DNA of 64,000 bases from Raillietiella orientalis (GCA_036172245.1 JAYWIR010000007.1:4278001-4342000), one strand, 5' to 3'; numbered from the stretch's first letter, positions 36,201-50,099 are shown. The notes: a model not told the origin generated them from the letters alone. Numbers and translations are program-made.

Positions 36201-37375
36201 TGCAGTGCTGCCGCCTCGCCTCTGTCTCCAGGAACTCGGACAGGTAGGTCCGCGGGGAGGAAAACAAAAAAACCCAAAAAGCAGTGCAGAGCAAGCGTAG
36301 GGAGGCGAGGCGGGAGCGGAGCAGGTTTCCCGGACGCACACCCGAACCTCCAGATTCGTTCGGCGACTCGCTCCGAAGAAGAAGGCGGCGTTCTTGGCGC
36401 GGGAACACCCGAACGCGCCACCCTCCCCGACGTCCACTCTTCCCTCCGGGGCGACCAGGAGGAGGAGGGTCTACGCGGGACCTACACGGGATCCGTTTGC
36501 GCACAGCATCAGGGAGACCTCGCCGCCTGGGGCGCAGAGCAGCACTTTCTTGTGGGGATTCACCGATCCCGTCCAGAGCACTCTCGGGGACCTTCCTCTC
36601 CCGAGACCGGCAGGGTTCGTTCCCCCACCCCCCATTCCTCTCCGCTGCGTCCCTCCTTTCAAGACTGGAGCCGCTCCGCGCTGCGGGCGCCACGCGGTCC
36701 GTCCGGTCGATCCAGGACCCGGGCTGAGGCGCTGCTTCTTGCACGCCAGAAGGGGGAATTCACGTGGAACGGGTTCCGCTGACACCAGCGGAACAGCTCC
36801 GTGATCTGACGCGGTAAATCAACAGGAATGCGCGGGGAAGGCGCTACGGAACGCCTGCCTCTGCCTCTGGAGCATTTTGCAGATCGGGCAAATAAGATCG
36901 TAAGTCTGCTTCCTCGTTATATTGCCTTTCCACTCCAGTTTATGCGGCTATCACTTTCTTTGTCTCGAGTGCTTGAATTTAATTCGCGCCTCTCTTTTTT
37001 CCTTTTTTTTCTTCTTCTTCTTCTCGTCCGACCTCTGATGAGAAATTCTCTTTTTACCCTTCATTGGTTTCTCCGGCTGCCTTTATGTATGTTTCCATAT
37101 TTCATGAGATTCACGTATCCCTGCGGATGCATCGAGGAAAGTTCCTCGGCCGAACGGCGGGTATAAATTTCGCCCAGAATCCTTGCGATCGTGAAAGAGG
37201 AGGAGAGGAAGGATACACGTGGCCGGGAGAGCGGGCGAGAGGAATTCCCGCGTCGGAAACGCGCGCGCGCAGCCGGCCGCGTAGGTACAAAAAGGCCTTC
37301 GGGATCTTCCGTTTTCGGGAGGCACCCCGTCCGTCGCGCCCGCCTGCCTGCGCGCGGAGCAGTGCGCGTGCGCGT

Positions 37376-38262
37376 TCGACTGCCGCCCGGGTGCGCGGGG
37401 GCGTTCACCCAAAAAATAAACAGACAGCGAGAAATGGGGTTGGGCCGGGGGGTCCAACCACGCGCGATTTCGTGGAGACCTGCCGGGTCACCGGTGCGCA
37501 CACCCGCGCCGGTCCACCACGGCAGCAGAGGCACAGGGACGAACAAAGAGAAAAAAGATAAATACACTTTGGGGAGGTTCGGGAAGGGATCACGTTCTGC
37601 TGGTCCATCATCCTCTGTAGGATGTCGGCAAAGTCTTGCTGCTGCGTATTCCTGTCCAGGTGGCGCCATCGCGTCGCCATCCTGATGGAGCGGACAGCGA
37701 AGCGGAGGTCATCCCTGTCGCCGGATCCTCCCGTTGCTTTGCTCCAAGCAACGACGGTCCCGCGTAGGCAGGCAGCACAGGGCCGCGAGGGAGGCCGCTG
37801 GCCGAAGGGCGTCACGAACGAAGAGCGGTTCCAAAGCGTCCCCGGAGTTGCCTCCCGGGGGTCCCAGGGCCGCGGCTAAGCGCTTTCAGAGGGGGCAACC
37901 CAGTCCACCAGCAGGTGGGGGAGGGATTCACGCTCCCCGCACCTTGCACAGTTGAGGTCCACGCCCCCCCCCCCAATTCCCCCCGCGTCCAGTGATGGGC
38001 GCTGCACGAGAGACCCCAGCGCGTCAGCAGCAGCGCCGACTCCTACCTCTTCAAGGAGAGGGTGCGCGTGTCCACGAGCAGCGGGGGCCACTTCGGGTGT
38101 TCCACGGGAACACCCAGCGGCTCGCCCCAGCGCAAGAGTCGGTGGGGCGGTGTAGTCGGTCGGCTGGCCCGTCTTCCACTCGCCCTTCCGGAGATGATGG
38201 TCGCCTGAACTTCCCATTTCGTCGCGATGCTGCTGCTCAGGTGTTCCCTGAGGGAGGGCAGC
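37376..38262 (-). mobile_element. Decayed L1/Tx1-like 3' fragment, subfamily 2 (copy F); left arm of ~887-bp inverted duplication
   Basis: Reverse complement of 41474-42359; ORFs 37405-37815(-) and 41920-42330(+) are identical. Contains NCARCGERESLPHLLVD. Confidence 0.92.
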
Positions 38263-39969
38263 TCTGCGGCGAGGGAAGTTCTTCCTGCCTCAGGACCTGA
38301 AGTCGAGGAGGGACACGGCTGGAAGAGTGGCGATGTCGTACACTGGGCGCGCGCGGCGTTGTTGCCTTTTTGCCGCGCACACCACTGCCACCCGTCCGGG
38401 GAAGGTGAGGCGGGGAGCTGAAAGAGTGGAAAATGGGTGGGGGGAGGGAAGGAAGGATGCAGGACCCGCAAGATGTGTGTGGGGAGCGCAAGTCTCCAAG
38501 CTGCGAAAATCTGAAAGAATGGTGGCGGTGGAACGTTGGCGGGCGCACGCTTGATCGCATGTCGAATCCTAAAATCACTGCTCTCTGTACCGCATTCTTC
38601 CTTTTTTTTTTTGTCGTTGTCAGAACGAGGGATCTTCTTTCCCCCCTGAAAAAAAAAAAAAAAAAAAAAAGGAAGTCCCCTATACAATTTCCCATCGGAC
38701 GCCCTCAACAAGGCGGCGACGATTCCAGATTTTCGGAAGGACAATGCGCCGTGTCAACGGGTGAGACGGCAGCTGGTTTTGAATAATTTCACAGATACCA
38801 TAGCCTGACGAAAGAGCTGACCCACCGCTTGTCAACAGATGACTGGAGTGCAAGAATGCGTAGGCCGGAACGTGAAAAAAGGAGGAAAAAAAAAAGAATT
38901 GCAGATGTTCTGCTCGTGGGCCGCTTTATCCTTCGGGCACGTGCTGCACAGTGGGGAAAAAGGCAGAAGAGATGAACCTGAACGGTGGGCTTTGTTTAAT
39001 GCAGTCTCCGGAGCAGTGCATTTCCGAGAATGGCTGCTGCCTCTTTCTGCCTCAGCGGCAAAGAAAGCCCATTTGCCCGACGCTCGCTTCCTCCCACCCG
39101 ACGGGCCCCCTCTCCGCCACGACCCAAGCCGAGGACGCAATGAACACCCGGACGACGGAGGCTTCGCAAACCCGAAGTCCGTTTCCATGCTCGCGGTCAT
39201 GGAATTCTTTTCACCTTCTGTTCCAAAAAGTGCTGTGGACCCGCGTTCGGTTGCTAAGAAGCGACTTGGACTGTCCGCACGGGGGTGCTTTCGCCATCTG
39301 CTGAGCTCCTCGCAGAAGATTCGTTCTCTTTTCTTTTTTCTTTTTTTTTTGGTTGTCGCAGTCGCTGCTCGCACTCTCCTCCTTTCCCGTTCTCTCCCGA
39401 CCCCGACTGTGCCATCAGCCTGGCAACCACCGTCGACGAACCGGCGCTCCCTTCCTCCTCCGAGCGCCCCCCCTCGCCGCTCCTCTCGAGGATCGCTTGG
39501 CGCCGTGGTTCCAGAACCCCCCCTCCCCTCCCCGGCCGCCACCCAAGGAACGGGGAGCGCGCTCGCGGCCCCATTTCCTGCGCGCAGCGAGAAGAGCAGC
39601 AGCCGCCATTGTTGCGTCACGCGAGGGATCGCGCGTCGTCGTCGGCTCACGTGCGCCGCTCGCTGTCTCCGTTTATCTCCGCGTGGTTCATTCGCAATTT
39701 CCCTGCAGCAGCGTTTCTTTTCGCAGCAGAGACTGTGTCATCCCGAATCCTCATCGGCCGCGTTGGCTGTGGGGAAGCGATGCAGGCCGGGAATGAACCC
39801 GCTCGGAGTCCGGCCTACGCCCAGCTGGCCACCTCGATGACGCGCGTTCCCCTCCTTAATGGTCTCGGTGGGCGGAACCGCCCACCTGTAGCTGGCCAGG
39901 CCGAAGAGGTTCGTAAGAATGAGATGACAAAGGCGAAAGAGGAAGCGCAGGCGGATGCCGAGAGATGCT

Positions 39970-41315
39970 GCAATCCAAAACAAAGTTTCGCGTTTCCCCG
40001 GAATATTCCTGGGGATGCCTCCGCGTCGGGACGGCGGTCTCAGCCTCCTGACGCTGGAGCGCTTGGAGATTCAGCTGCGATGCCGCACCCTCGCCATCGC
40101 AGCGAAGATGTGGAGCACCCCTTGGTGCGTTCCGGCCCGCCTCTTCGCCAGGCGTGTGTCCCGGTCTGGCCAGAAGATTCGAAGATGCGGCCTACTGCTC
40201 GGGCGCATGGCAACCCTGGCGAAGGAGAACAGCTGGATGGTTTGTAGCCCCGCCAACTCCTCCGCCTGGCTGGAGGAGACTGCTGGCACCTGGGCTAAGC
40301 AAAACCAGAGGAGTGAAGATCCCATGAATTGCCTGCGTGTCGGCCCATACGCCCGCCGCACCCTGCGGGAAATACTTGAATTTCCCGCGAGTTGCACGTG
40401 GGCGGAGACGACCCCCCTTGCTACGGCGATGCCCTTCCTGAGGAGGGCGCTTCACGGCAGCCGGACGCCGAGGTGGCAAGTCTCCTGCCGAATCGCAGGC
40501 AGGGAGAAGATGATCAGCGGCTAGACAACACGAGAACTGGAAGACGCCACGACCCCGAGCGTCCAGCCGAGAGGACTTTTGCGATGGGGCGAGCTGCTCG
40601 CCATCCCCATGGATGTGCTGAAGTGGCCCCCGCTGCTGAAAGAATCCAGGATAATGCCCCTTAAGTGGCAAGAGTCGGCGTTGCTGCTGTTGCACTGGGG
40701 TTTACCCTGCAACGCACGCCGCTTCCACTGGACAAGGGGAGCTGTCGATCCTGAGTGTGCCAGGTGCGGGGAGCGGGAATCGCTCCCCCACCTTCTTGTG
40801 GACTGTGCTGCCCTCCGACCCCTATGGGAACGGTTCGGGGAGACCCTCGGGCTCTCTACGGGCAGTACCCCCAGAGACGTTCTCCGGCTCCTCTTCGTGA
40901 AGGACTCCCTGCAGCCAGCCGCAGCCCTCGCAGCCCTGTGCTGCGTCCGAGGCATCGTGGCGGCCTGGAGCGATGCCAACAACGAAGATCGCAACATCAA
41001 CGAGAGGGACGTCATCCCATATGCTGTTCGCTTCATGCGGAGAGCTGCCGGATGGCCCCAGCTGGGAAACATGCAGACGGACCTCGAGGGCATCCTTCGA
41101 AGGATGGGCCCTCCTCCCAGTGACCAGTGATCCCTTCCCGGCCCTCCAACTTCTTTTTGTTTTCCTTATTTTTTATTTTTTTTATTTTTCCCCCCCCCAT
41201 CCCCTTTCACTGCCGGGGAGAGCCACGCCGGGCTGCGTCCCGGTGTCCCGGCAGGTCCAGTGCCCATGGCCGTGGTGGGGCCTTGTACCACGCAGTGTGG
41301 AGTTTTTTAAATAAA
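39970..41315 (+). mobile_element. 5'-truncated L1/Tx1-like element, subfamily 2 (copy G), nearly intact ORF2 C-terminus
   Basis: ORFs 39955-40524 and 40579-41130 are in frame and split by one TAG, where copy B has Trp. PRRDGGLSL motif, CARCGERESLPHLLVDC, AATAAA at 41310-41315. Confidence 0.9.
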
Positions 41316-41473
41316 CGCCCCGGGCGTACCCGGGTGACAACTCCACCCAACACGCTGACGCGAAAACTGCAACGTTCACGGCCGGCTGAACGATTGCCGT
41401 CGTGTGCGAAAGTCGAGACGCACTCGGCTGTTGGGAAGCAGTAGCAGCAGCAGCAGCACTTCCTCGGGCACTC

Positions 41474-42359
41474 GCTGCCCTCCCTCAGGGAACACCTGAG
41501 CAGCAGCATCGCGACGAAATGGGAAGTTCAGGCGACCATCATCTCCGGAAGGGCGAGTGGAAGACGGGCCAGCCGACCGACTACACCGCCCCACCGACTC
41601 TTGCGCTGGGGCGAGCCGCTGGGTGTTCCCGTGGAACACCCGAAGTGGCCCCCGCTGCTCGTGGACACGCGCACCCTCTCCTTGAAGAGGTAGGAGTCGG
41701 CGCTGCTGCTGACGCGCTGGGGTCTCTCGTGCAGCGCCCATCACTGGACGCGGGGGGAATTGGGGGGGGGGCGTGGACCTCAACTGTGCAAGGTGCGGGG
41801 AGCGTGAATCCCTCCCCCACCTGCTGGTGGACTGGGTTGCCCCCTCTGAAAGCGCTTAGCCGCGGCCCTGGGACCCCCGGGAGGCAACTCCGGGGACGCT
41901 TTGGAACCGCTCTTCGTTCGTGACGCCCTTCGGCCAGCGGCCTCCCTCGCGGCCCTGTGCTGCCTGCCTACGCGGGACCGTCGTTGCTTGGAGCAAAGCA
42001 ACGGGAGGATCCGGCGACAGGGATGACCTCCGCTTCGCTGTCCGCTCCATCAGGATGGCGACGCGATGGCGCCACCTGGACAGGAATACGCAGCAGCAAG
42101 ACTTTGCCGACATCCTCCAGAGGATGATGGACCAGCAGAACGTGATCCCTTCCCGAACCTCCCCAAAGTGTATTTATCTTTTTTCTCTTTGTTCGTCCCT
42201 GTGCCTCTGCTGCCGTGGTGGACCGGCGCGGGTGTGCGCACCGGTGACCCGGCAGGTCTCCACGAAATCGCGCGTGGTTGGACCCCCCGGCCCAACCCCA
42301 TTTCTCGCTGTCTGTTTATTTTTTGGGTGAACGCCCCCACGCACCCGGGCGGCAGTCGA
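41474..42359 (+). mobile_element. Decayed L1/Tx1-like 3' fragment, subfamily 2 (copy H); right arm of inverted duplication
   Basis: Homologous to about 40440-41340 and near-identical to the reverse complement of 37376-38262. Confidence 0.92.
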
Positions 42360-45300
42360 CTTCAGGTCCCCGACGTACAGACCACGGAAGCTCACGCGCG
42401 CGTACACACTGCTGCACGCAGCGGCCTGTACGGAACGAAGCTTTCCCGCAGCTGCTACGCTCTCTCCTCGGGGTGGCAGGAGGAGGGGGAAGGGGAGAGC
42501 GAAGAAAGAAAAAAAATCGCAGCTTTCCACGTGAGCCGCCGAGATGGCCACTCCGTCGCGCGCAGCCGTGCGTGGAGAATCTCTCGGGAGGCGTGGTACT
42601 CGGGATTCCTCCCTCGAACTGCGGGAGGAAGACGCGCGCCCGGCGACTGCTCCTCCGACCGGCGCCATCCGTCACGTGAGGAGGAAGACGGTCACGGCGA
42701 AGCTCCAGGGGTGGTGATTCGCTCCGACCCGCGCGCTCCGAACGACCGGCTGGTCAAATTAATTCCTCGGTTCGCCCTGACAACGGACTCGCCGCCGCTC
42801 GGCCTCGATCGGGAGAGTCCGAAGCGACGACGGGCTGCCTGGACAAACGAGGAAACGCGTCCCAGGCACGGGAAGGGACAGGGAGGGAAAAATAGCCTCT
42901 TTTCCCCCCCTTCTGGCTACGAGACGCGTAACCAGGCAACGAAGAGAACCGGCGCGGCCCAAGGCATCTGGCTGGCGAACCCTGCCTTCCACGTAGGAGA
43001 CAGCAGCAGCAGGCGCTTCTGCCGCAGCCGTCTCCCCGAATCTTTCGCGTCTCCCTCGCTGCTGCAATTTGTTGCAATGCAGCGATCACCGCCGCTCTTC
43101 GTGATGGTTGCTGCTGCTTACTCTCAATTAGACGTCATCTTTTCGTCTCCCGCCTGTCATCCGTCTGCTGGAGAAATCTACCAGAAGATGCGCGTTGCCA
43201 TGCCTTCGCTTTCAGGTGTTGGTTTTTGTGGGATGCTGGATGGACTCGGACTTTCTCATCAGCGAGCTTCCTTCTTTCCATTCTTTCGCACCAAGGGAGA
43301 AAGAAGATGCCCATCGATGGATTACATCTCGATGCGCCCTCGCCAGCCAGTCTGTTTACTGTATCCGGTGATTTTGCTTCTCCGAGATGACTTTGAGGAG
43401 CAGGAGGAGAGGAGAGGAGAGGGGGAGGGGGACGGCGGCGGCGAAATAAAATAAAAAAAATACAGTGTGATCCGGCTAAGGCTCGAAAATTGATTTTCTG
43501 CACGCTTAAGTGTCTCCCGTTTGTCAAGCTGGAGAAGAGGGACCTTCCGAGCAGCGGGCGACACGTCCCTCGAGCGCTTCCTCCCCCCACGGGAGAGGTT
43601 CCTGCGAAAGTCTGCAAGAGCGTTCCGAGGAGCGCCGTTCTGCCGTTCCCTGCCGACCTCGTCAATCGACGGACCGACGGAGTGCACCGGCTAAATTATG
43701 TACAAACATGACGGGCCGTCGGGCCGAGCGATGCACGCTGTTGACAACGGAGCAGTGCAAACAACATTAGCGATGACGTGTCGACAAACAGGCGGCCGCA
43801 GGCGACCACCCCGCAAATAAAGATGGCGCGCGCCGACCGACCGCGACACGGGTTGATAATCCTTTGATCGATTGGTCCGACGGAGAGTCACGGGAGGAAT
43901 AGTGAAGGAACCGACCCCGGGTTTGCCGCCGATCCCGGGGACCCGTTCCCCGGATCAGAATGATTTCGTTGGAGCTGGACGCGCCCAGGCGGGCGGGCCC
44001 CCGCGCAGAGGACCCCGGGCGTTTTTCCGAAGCGGATTCATTGCACCGCTTCGCTGGAACGACGGTGACGTCAGCTTCGTCGCCCGCGCGCACCTGCGTC
44101 GCTCCCCCCCACTTGGCCGTCGACGTCGTCGTCGTCGTCGTCGTCGTGCGCTGCCACCCCGGCCCGAACGCGGTGTTCCCTCCTTTTTCCGCGCGTGCAC
44201 CTCGGTGCGCTCGCGCGCGCGCTGCGAACGTGCGTCGAGGGCGGCGAAGCGGTTCCCCCCCCTCCCCTCCTTCCAGCTCCCAGCACGGGGAGGAAGCCCG
44301 CCGACGAACCCAGTGCGGGCGGATCCTCATTCCGCCCGCGACAGCGTGGGGAGGGGGAAAGCAGTCCGCACGGGGGCGTTCCTCCCCTCCCCTCTGCGCA
44401 CGCGCTTGCGGATCTGCGCTCGCACCCGCGGAGAGAGCAGCACAGATGAACTCGTAGCCGCGTGCCTGCGTCGGCACGCCTGCACTCGCGTTCCGTCCTC
44501 TGGCGGGCTCGCGTGACGCGCCGCGGAAGGGAGGGAGGAGATGCGACGACGCTTCATGCGCGGGCCCCGCGGTGCGCGCTCCGTGCCTCGAGCGTGCTGT
44601 ACGCGTCTCTGCACGCGGACAGCAAGAGCGCTGCCGGCGGGCGCACCCTCCTCACTCGAGCGTCCATACACGTGTACGCGTACACATGTACATGCACGTG
44701 CGCGCGTCCCTTTGCCGAGGGAAGCTTCTGTCTCCGGCCCGCGATAGGCTCCCATAGGACCCTCCTTCGAAGGGGGGGAATCCCTGGGGAGCCGCGTCGT
44801 CCAGTCGGCAGCGAAGGGACGGAGGGATGCCACAGCCGCCGTTTCCAGGGGAGATCTCCCACCCCCTTTCTCGGGAAGCATGCGAGCGAACCTACTGGCG
44901 CTAGCTCGCCCGGAGTCCCGGCGGAAAGCCCGGAGGAGCCCGACCGCCCCGGTCGGTCCACCCGCCTCCGCCGCCGGAGGAAGGGACTGCTCCGTGGAGA
45001 CGGCAGTCCTGCCTTCTTCCCACCCCTTTTGGCCTCTCCCTCTGCTTCTGCGGGGCGGGTAGAGGAAGGCGGGAGAGGAGGGAGGTGCTCAGCCGTGGAG
45101 AAGGGACCCGGAGCTCACCGTCGCGCTTCTGATCACTCGCCAGTTCAGCGGGGGGAAGGGGGACAGGTTCAGGGGGCAGGTACCCGGCTACGGAGATGCG
45201 ACGGCGCCGGACCTGCCCGCAGCCGCTCCCGAGGCGTTACGAGCCTGTCCGTCGTCGTGGAAACCTCGAGAGGTCCCGCTGCTCGACCTTGACGGAGGGA

Positions 45301-48300
45301 AGGGGGCGCGAGAGCGGGCAGCCGAGGTGCCGAGCGGAGGACCCCTCCCCTCTTCGACAAGCACCCCCCCTCCCCCTTTTTTTTGCAGCTTCCCCGTGGC
45401 CCATGCGCTCTTTCGGGCCGGGGAAGCAGGAAAAGTGGGATTTCCCAATCCTCACCCTTCCCTCCCTGGGTCTCCGAGGCGCGCGTCCAGGCTCCTGAGT
45501 CAAGGCTAGAAATCGAAAGACGACCCATGTGGGCTGCCCCGCCCATCCCCTCTCATCCTCCACCCATCCACTCCAGCTCGTTGCATCCCCGAGGAAGCTT
45601 GGAGGTCACTGTGGGCTGCCTCGTTCCTCCAGCGCTCCCTCCTCCCCCTGCGCGTGCAGGGGGCCCTCGCTGCCCCAGGGGCTGCGTAGGCGACCTCCGC
45701 CCCGAGGCGAGAGGAAAACGAGGAAGGGCGGCGAGCGCGCCCGACCGGATCCGAAGCGAGCGGTCAGGAGGAAGAAAAGAGGGCCGCTGCACCCGCTGAG
45801 GCGTTAGGGGGGAAGGGGGGGCAGAGAGAGGGCGGCGGTCTCTGCGACGCCCGGTGACCACCAGGAGAGAGAAGTCGGCGTCATCATCTCCACCCCCACC
45901 CCTTTTCTGTTACCCCGAAGCCGTGGACCCTGCACGCTAGCGGGAGGACGGGGCCCAGGAGGCGTGCGTCAGGAAGGGAGGAGGAGGCAGGGACCGAGGA
46001 GGGAGCAGCCCTCCCTCCTCCTATCTGGTCAGCGCTCCTCTTACCGGGGGAACCGACCTCGGATCAGGGTAGCCTCCCCGACCCCCTCCCTCGCGCGAAG
46101 GCGAGACTGCCCTCAGCCCGCAGCAACGCGGTTGCCATGGGGAATCATGCCCGAAGGCGGAGGAGAGGCAGCGTCCCGGCCGAACCCGCGTGCAGGGTCG
46201 AGGGTGGCCATCGCGTGCATGGCACGGAGCGAGAGCGCAAAGGGAGAGGAGGGGCGCTGACGGCCTCTGGGGGAGGGGGAGGCAAGAAAGGGACGGCGGG
46301 ATCTGCCTGCTCGGCTGCCGTCCTCCCTCGCCTCTTTTGGAAGGTGGGAAAGAAAAGATGGAAGGTCCCGGGATCGGTTTAAGTTTTCTACTAGCAATAA
46401 TCGCGGCTCCGCACGCGTCCTCGCCTACGATATTGCCCGTGCACAAGGCTGAGGAAAGGTCCCGGGGTCGATGAGCGCCCTACGGGGATGCGCGCGCGCG
46501 CACGGGGGGGTTCGCTGACCCCCGAGTCCCTTTTTCCCTTTCTCTCCCCGTCGGCGGGGCCGCTCGTTCCTTCCTCGGAGAACCTGCAGAGGCCTCTTCC
46601 TCTGCTCCCTCCCTCTCCCGGCATCTCCACCTTTCCACTAGGTGAATCGGCCGCTCCCGCTTCCCGTCCGTCCGACTGCCATTGGCGCGGCGTGGACCCG
46701 CGCGAAAGACGAGAATGCCGTCCGGAAGGCACTCCTGAGGTGGGTTCTTGGAGAAGAGGAGGCCGTGAGGACGGGAAGGGAAGAAGGATACGGGAGGAAA
46801 GCTCTTCGGACGCCCAGGTTCCGGGGGAGGGGGGATGGAAGGAGAGGAGACTCTGTCGGTGGCATTCCGTCGCTCCTCGAGGCCGCACGGAGCGAGCAGG
46901 GCCTCGGGAGGGGGAGGCGGGCGCGGGAGGGTCCGTCGGTGAGCGGCTTGGAGTCTCCCCCTCACCCCCTGCCGTGCCGAAGCGCCCGGTAGAGAGCCAC
47001 CCCCTCTTTCGATGTCTCCGCGTACGCGCCGTCGCCGCCGCCGCGTCCTCAAGGGCGCGCGCCATGAGACTCCCCCCCTCCACCCGAACTGGTGAGGAGC
47101 AGGACGTGTGTGGGGGGGGGGGATCCGGTGCGAAGCGCGCGGGTGGCATCGCCGCGCGCGAGAGAGAGGGCAAGTAGGAATCCCATCATTTTATTATCCC
47201 ATTTGTTTCGCGGAGGATGGGCGCGTGCCCGGCGAGCCGCAGAGTCCCTCGCCGGCCCGCGTACGGATCGACCAATAAACGGGAGACAAATCAGTGCGAC
47301 GTGAAGAAGACGGAGTGCGGCTTCCCGGCTCCTCCGCGAGCAGATAATCGGATTGGCGCTCGTCTGCTCCCTGCGTGCCTGGAAGCGGGACGGAATCGCC
47401 GCGTGGACAGCCTCTGTTTGACGTGGACCAGCTGGCGATGATCGGGCCCGTCGTCGCCGTCGAGCCGCTTGGGGCTGCGAGCGGCGGGTGTCCGGGCCGC
47501 GTGCGACCTCTGCCAGGTGGGATGGCGGCGGCGAGGACGAGATGATGCGCGCGTGGGCAGTACCGGAAACCCGAGCGACGGGGATGAGGACAACCCTCTC
47601 ACTCCCTCTCTCTCCCCGCGCGCTCCTCCCCGCCCCGCCGCCGCCGAGGGGAAGAGAACAACGCGGTACCCGAGTTTCCACCCCGAACACCACCTTCCGC
47701 AAGGGAACGGAGGGGACGGGAGGGGAGATCGAATTCTCTGCCGCTTCCCCGGAACCTGCTCCGGTGTGCGTGGGCGGGGAAGAGGCTACGGAAGGCCGAC
47801 TGCTGCGAGGGCGAGGAGACGCGAGCAACGCCGGAGAAATCAGCCGAGACGGACGCACCCCGGAGATTTCATGCAGCATTTCGTCGTCTGCGAACAGGGC
47901 GAGGGCGGCAGCCCTCTCTCTCTCTCTGCCTTGTCCGCCGCGACGGCAACCGACGATGGCGAAGCAAACGCACCGTGATCCTCCCCCCCCCCCCCTCTCC
48001 CTCGCTCCCCGAGCCGGTTCTCAATCAACGAAACGGGAATAAAGTCGGATCAAAGCGACCGGTCCTACAGCTTCCTTATTCCGCAGCATGCGTGTTAGCC
48101 GAGGGCGTAGCCATCTACCAAAGATGCTACGGTTGGCGCTGCCCGCCAATTCAGTAAGAGAGATTCCATATCGGCCAGTAGCCGCGACGGCCCTCGGACA
48201 CGTCCCGTGGGCAGCGGCTCGGTGACGGATCTCCTGCGGTCGCATAGCGCCGACGACGCATTCCACCCAAAACGGCAAGGAAATGGCGTTATGCAAAGGG

Positions 48301-48971
48301 AAGAAAAAGAGGAAAGAAGGGGGAGGGGGGGGGGGGGAGGTAGAAATGGGAAGGAAGACGAAGAGCAAATTTGCGTGTTTCTGCATAGGTGAAGAGAAAA
48401 AGGGTGTTGGATGGTTCGAGTGGACGAGGAGGAGGTCCCGTGGGGAGTGCGGCGCGAAGACGAGGGCCACGCAAATCACGCGCGCGCGGGTTCGGCTTGG
48501 AAGCATCTTGTGAGGTTCTCGTAAGGATCGTGCCAATAAATCCTTGCGAGGAACTTGCGAACTGTCGAATTCACAACGCGCGTCAGTTTTCCTCTTCCTC
48601 TCTCTCTCCCCGCTTTCGAAAGCGCGGTGCATTGTGAGAAAAACCCTTCAAGTCGTGTGTGCTCAAAGGTCGGACAAAGACAAAAAAAGAAACATAAAAA
48701 AAAAAAAAAGGAAAGAAAGAAAGAAAAGAAAGGAAAGGGGAGAAAAAAAAAAAAAAAAAAAAATGGAGCGCTCAACTGCGCAGCTAATCAAAACAATGGA
48801 AATTTGCTTGCTGGATTGGTGGTGGGCCCACGAACGAAGTTATTTTGAGACGCAACAATACGAGGCCTAGCGATTGTTTTCGAAATGCTCGACTGTCGCG
48901 CGGCCGGGTGGAGCCAAGCGAACCGAAGGTCAAGGAAAACAAACAAAAAACAGAAGAAAAAAACAAAAAAC

Positions 48972-49168
48972 GAGAAAAAACGAAAAATCGTTCGATTGCC
49001 TTCCTCCTCGCATCCCTCCTCCCCATCCTCCCCCACACGTTCGCGACAAGCCGCAGCCGTCGAGGGTAGCCACGAAAATGAAAAAAAAAAAAAAAAAAAA
49101 TGAGAAAAAACGAAACATCGTTCGATTGCCGTCCTCCCCCTCCCCCCATCCTCCCCCCCCCCCCACAC
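48972..49168. repeat. Local direct repeat, 130-bp period
   Basis: GAGAAAAAACGAAA(A/C)ATCGTTCGATTGCC(T/G)TCCTCC..CCCCATCCTCCCCC..ACAC at 48972 and 49102. Confidence 0.8.
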
Positions 49169-49752
49169 ACACACAACAACGGCTCGGTGCTACTCGATAC
49201 GCGATGCCTCTATTTACTTTTGTGGGCACGCGCGCCTTTGGGCGCATAGCGAGGCGTCCCGGGGACGAAGAGGTGGACGGAAGGAAACCTTCTGTCTGCG
49301 GAGGCGCGCGGCATTTGCAGGAGGGATGCAGCCGCAGCTCTTGGACGCCTGCGGATGCCACGGGCGGCGGAACCTTTCGCCGGCGCCGACGGAAATCGGC
49401 GTTTCGGAGGAGTGCGAAACGTCGTGGGGTGAATCCGCACGTATACGAAACCACCCTATGATCTGATAACGAATGCCGGGCATCTGTCAAAGGCGCCAAA
49501 GGTGGCTGCAACCGCTCGAGAGCGTTCCCGTCTGTTTGCGGAGGAAAACTCATCGGAAGGGTAAATTTAGATTGCGCGATAAATCAAAGCCAAACTGGGA
49601 AGCGGAGGGCACGGAAGGAACCCCATCAGAACACGCAAAGAGGAGCGCGTCTGCGAAGGGATTCTTCGCGTGGACTCACGCCAGGTCTGCCCCCACGTCG
49701 GGTTTCACTCGCAGCAGGACTCGCACGCCGCATCTCCGAGCGAAGTGCTAGA

Positions 49753-49925
49753 CACCCCCCCGGGTGCACCGGGGTAGCAGCGTCCCTTGTCAGTGAGAAA
49801 CGTGCAATGGTGGTTCGCTCGGCAGCAGGGCAGGGCGGGGGGGGGGAGCAAGCGAAAATAAAATGAAATAAAAATGAAGATAGGAAAAACCTTTGGAGGG
49901 TTCGGGAAGGGATCTCTGCCTGTTC
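49753..49925 (-). mobile_element. 3' UTR-only fragment of subfamily 2 (copy I)
   Basis: Minus strand CAGGCAGAGATCCCTTCCCGAACCC, a T-rich tract, CTGCTGCCGAGC, then CCCCGGTGCACCCGGG; colinear with 50904-51175. Confidence 0.7.
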
Positions 49926-50099
49926 CGAGCGAAATGCTGTTCGGCTTGGCCGCCCGTGGTGTGGCCAGTACCGGGTGAAGTGTGGTGAATCCCTGAAGGC
50001 ATCCTTCGGCAGGGAAAGCCGCGTCCACCCTCACGACGACGACTTCCCGAGCAGAGCCTGGTCACCCAGAGTCGCCCAGGGTCTGGAAACACGACGGCG

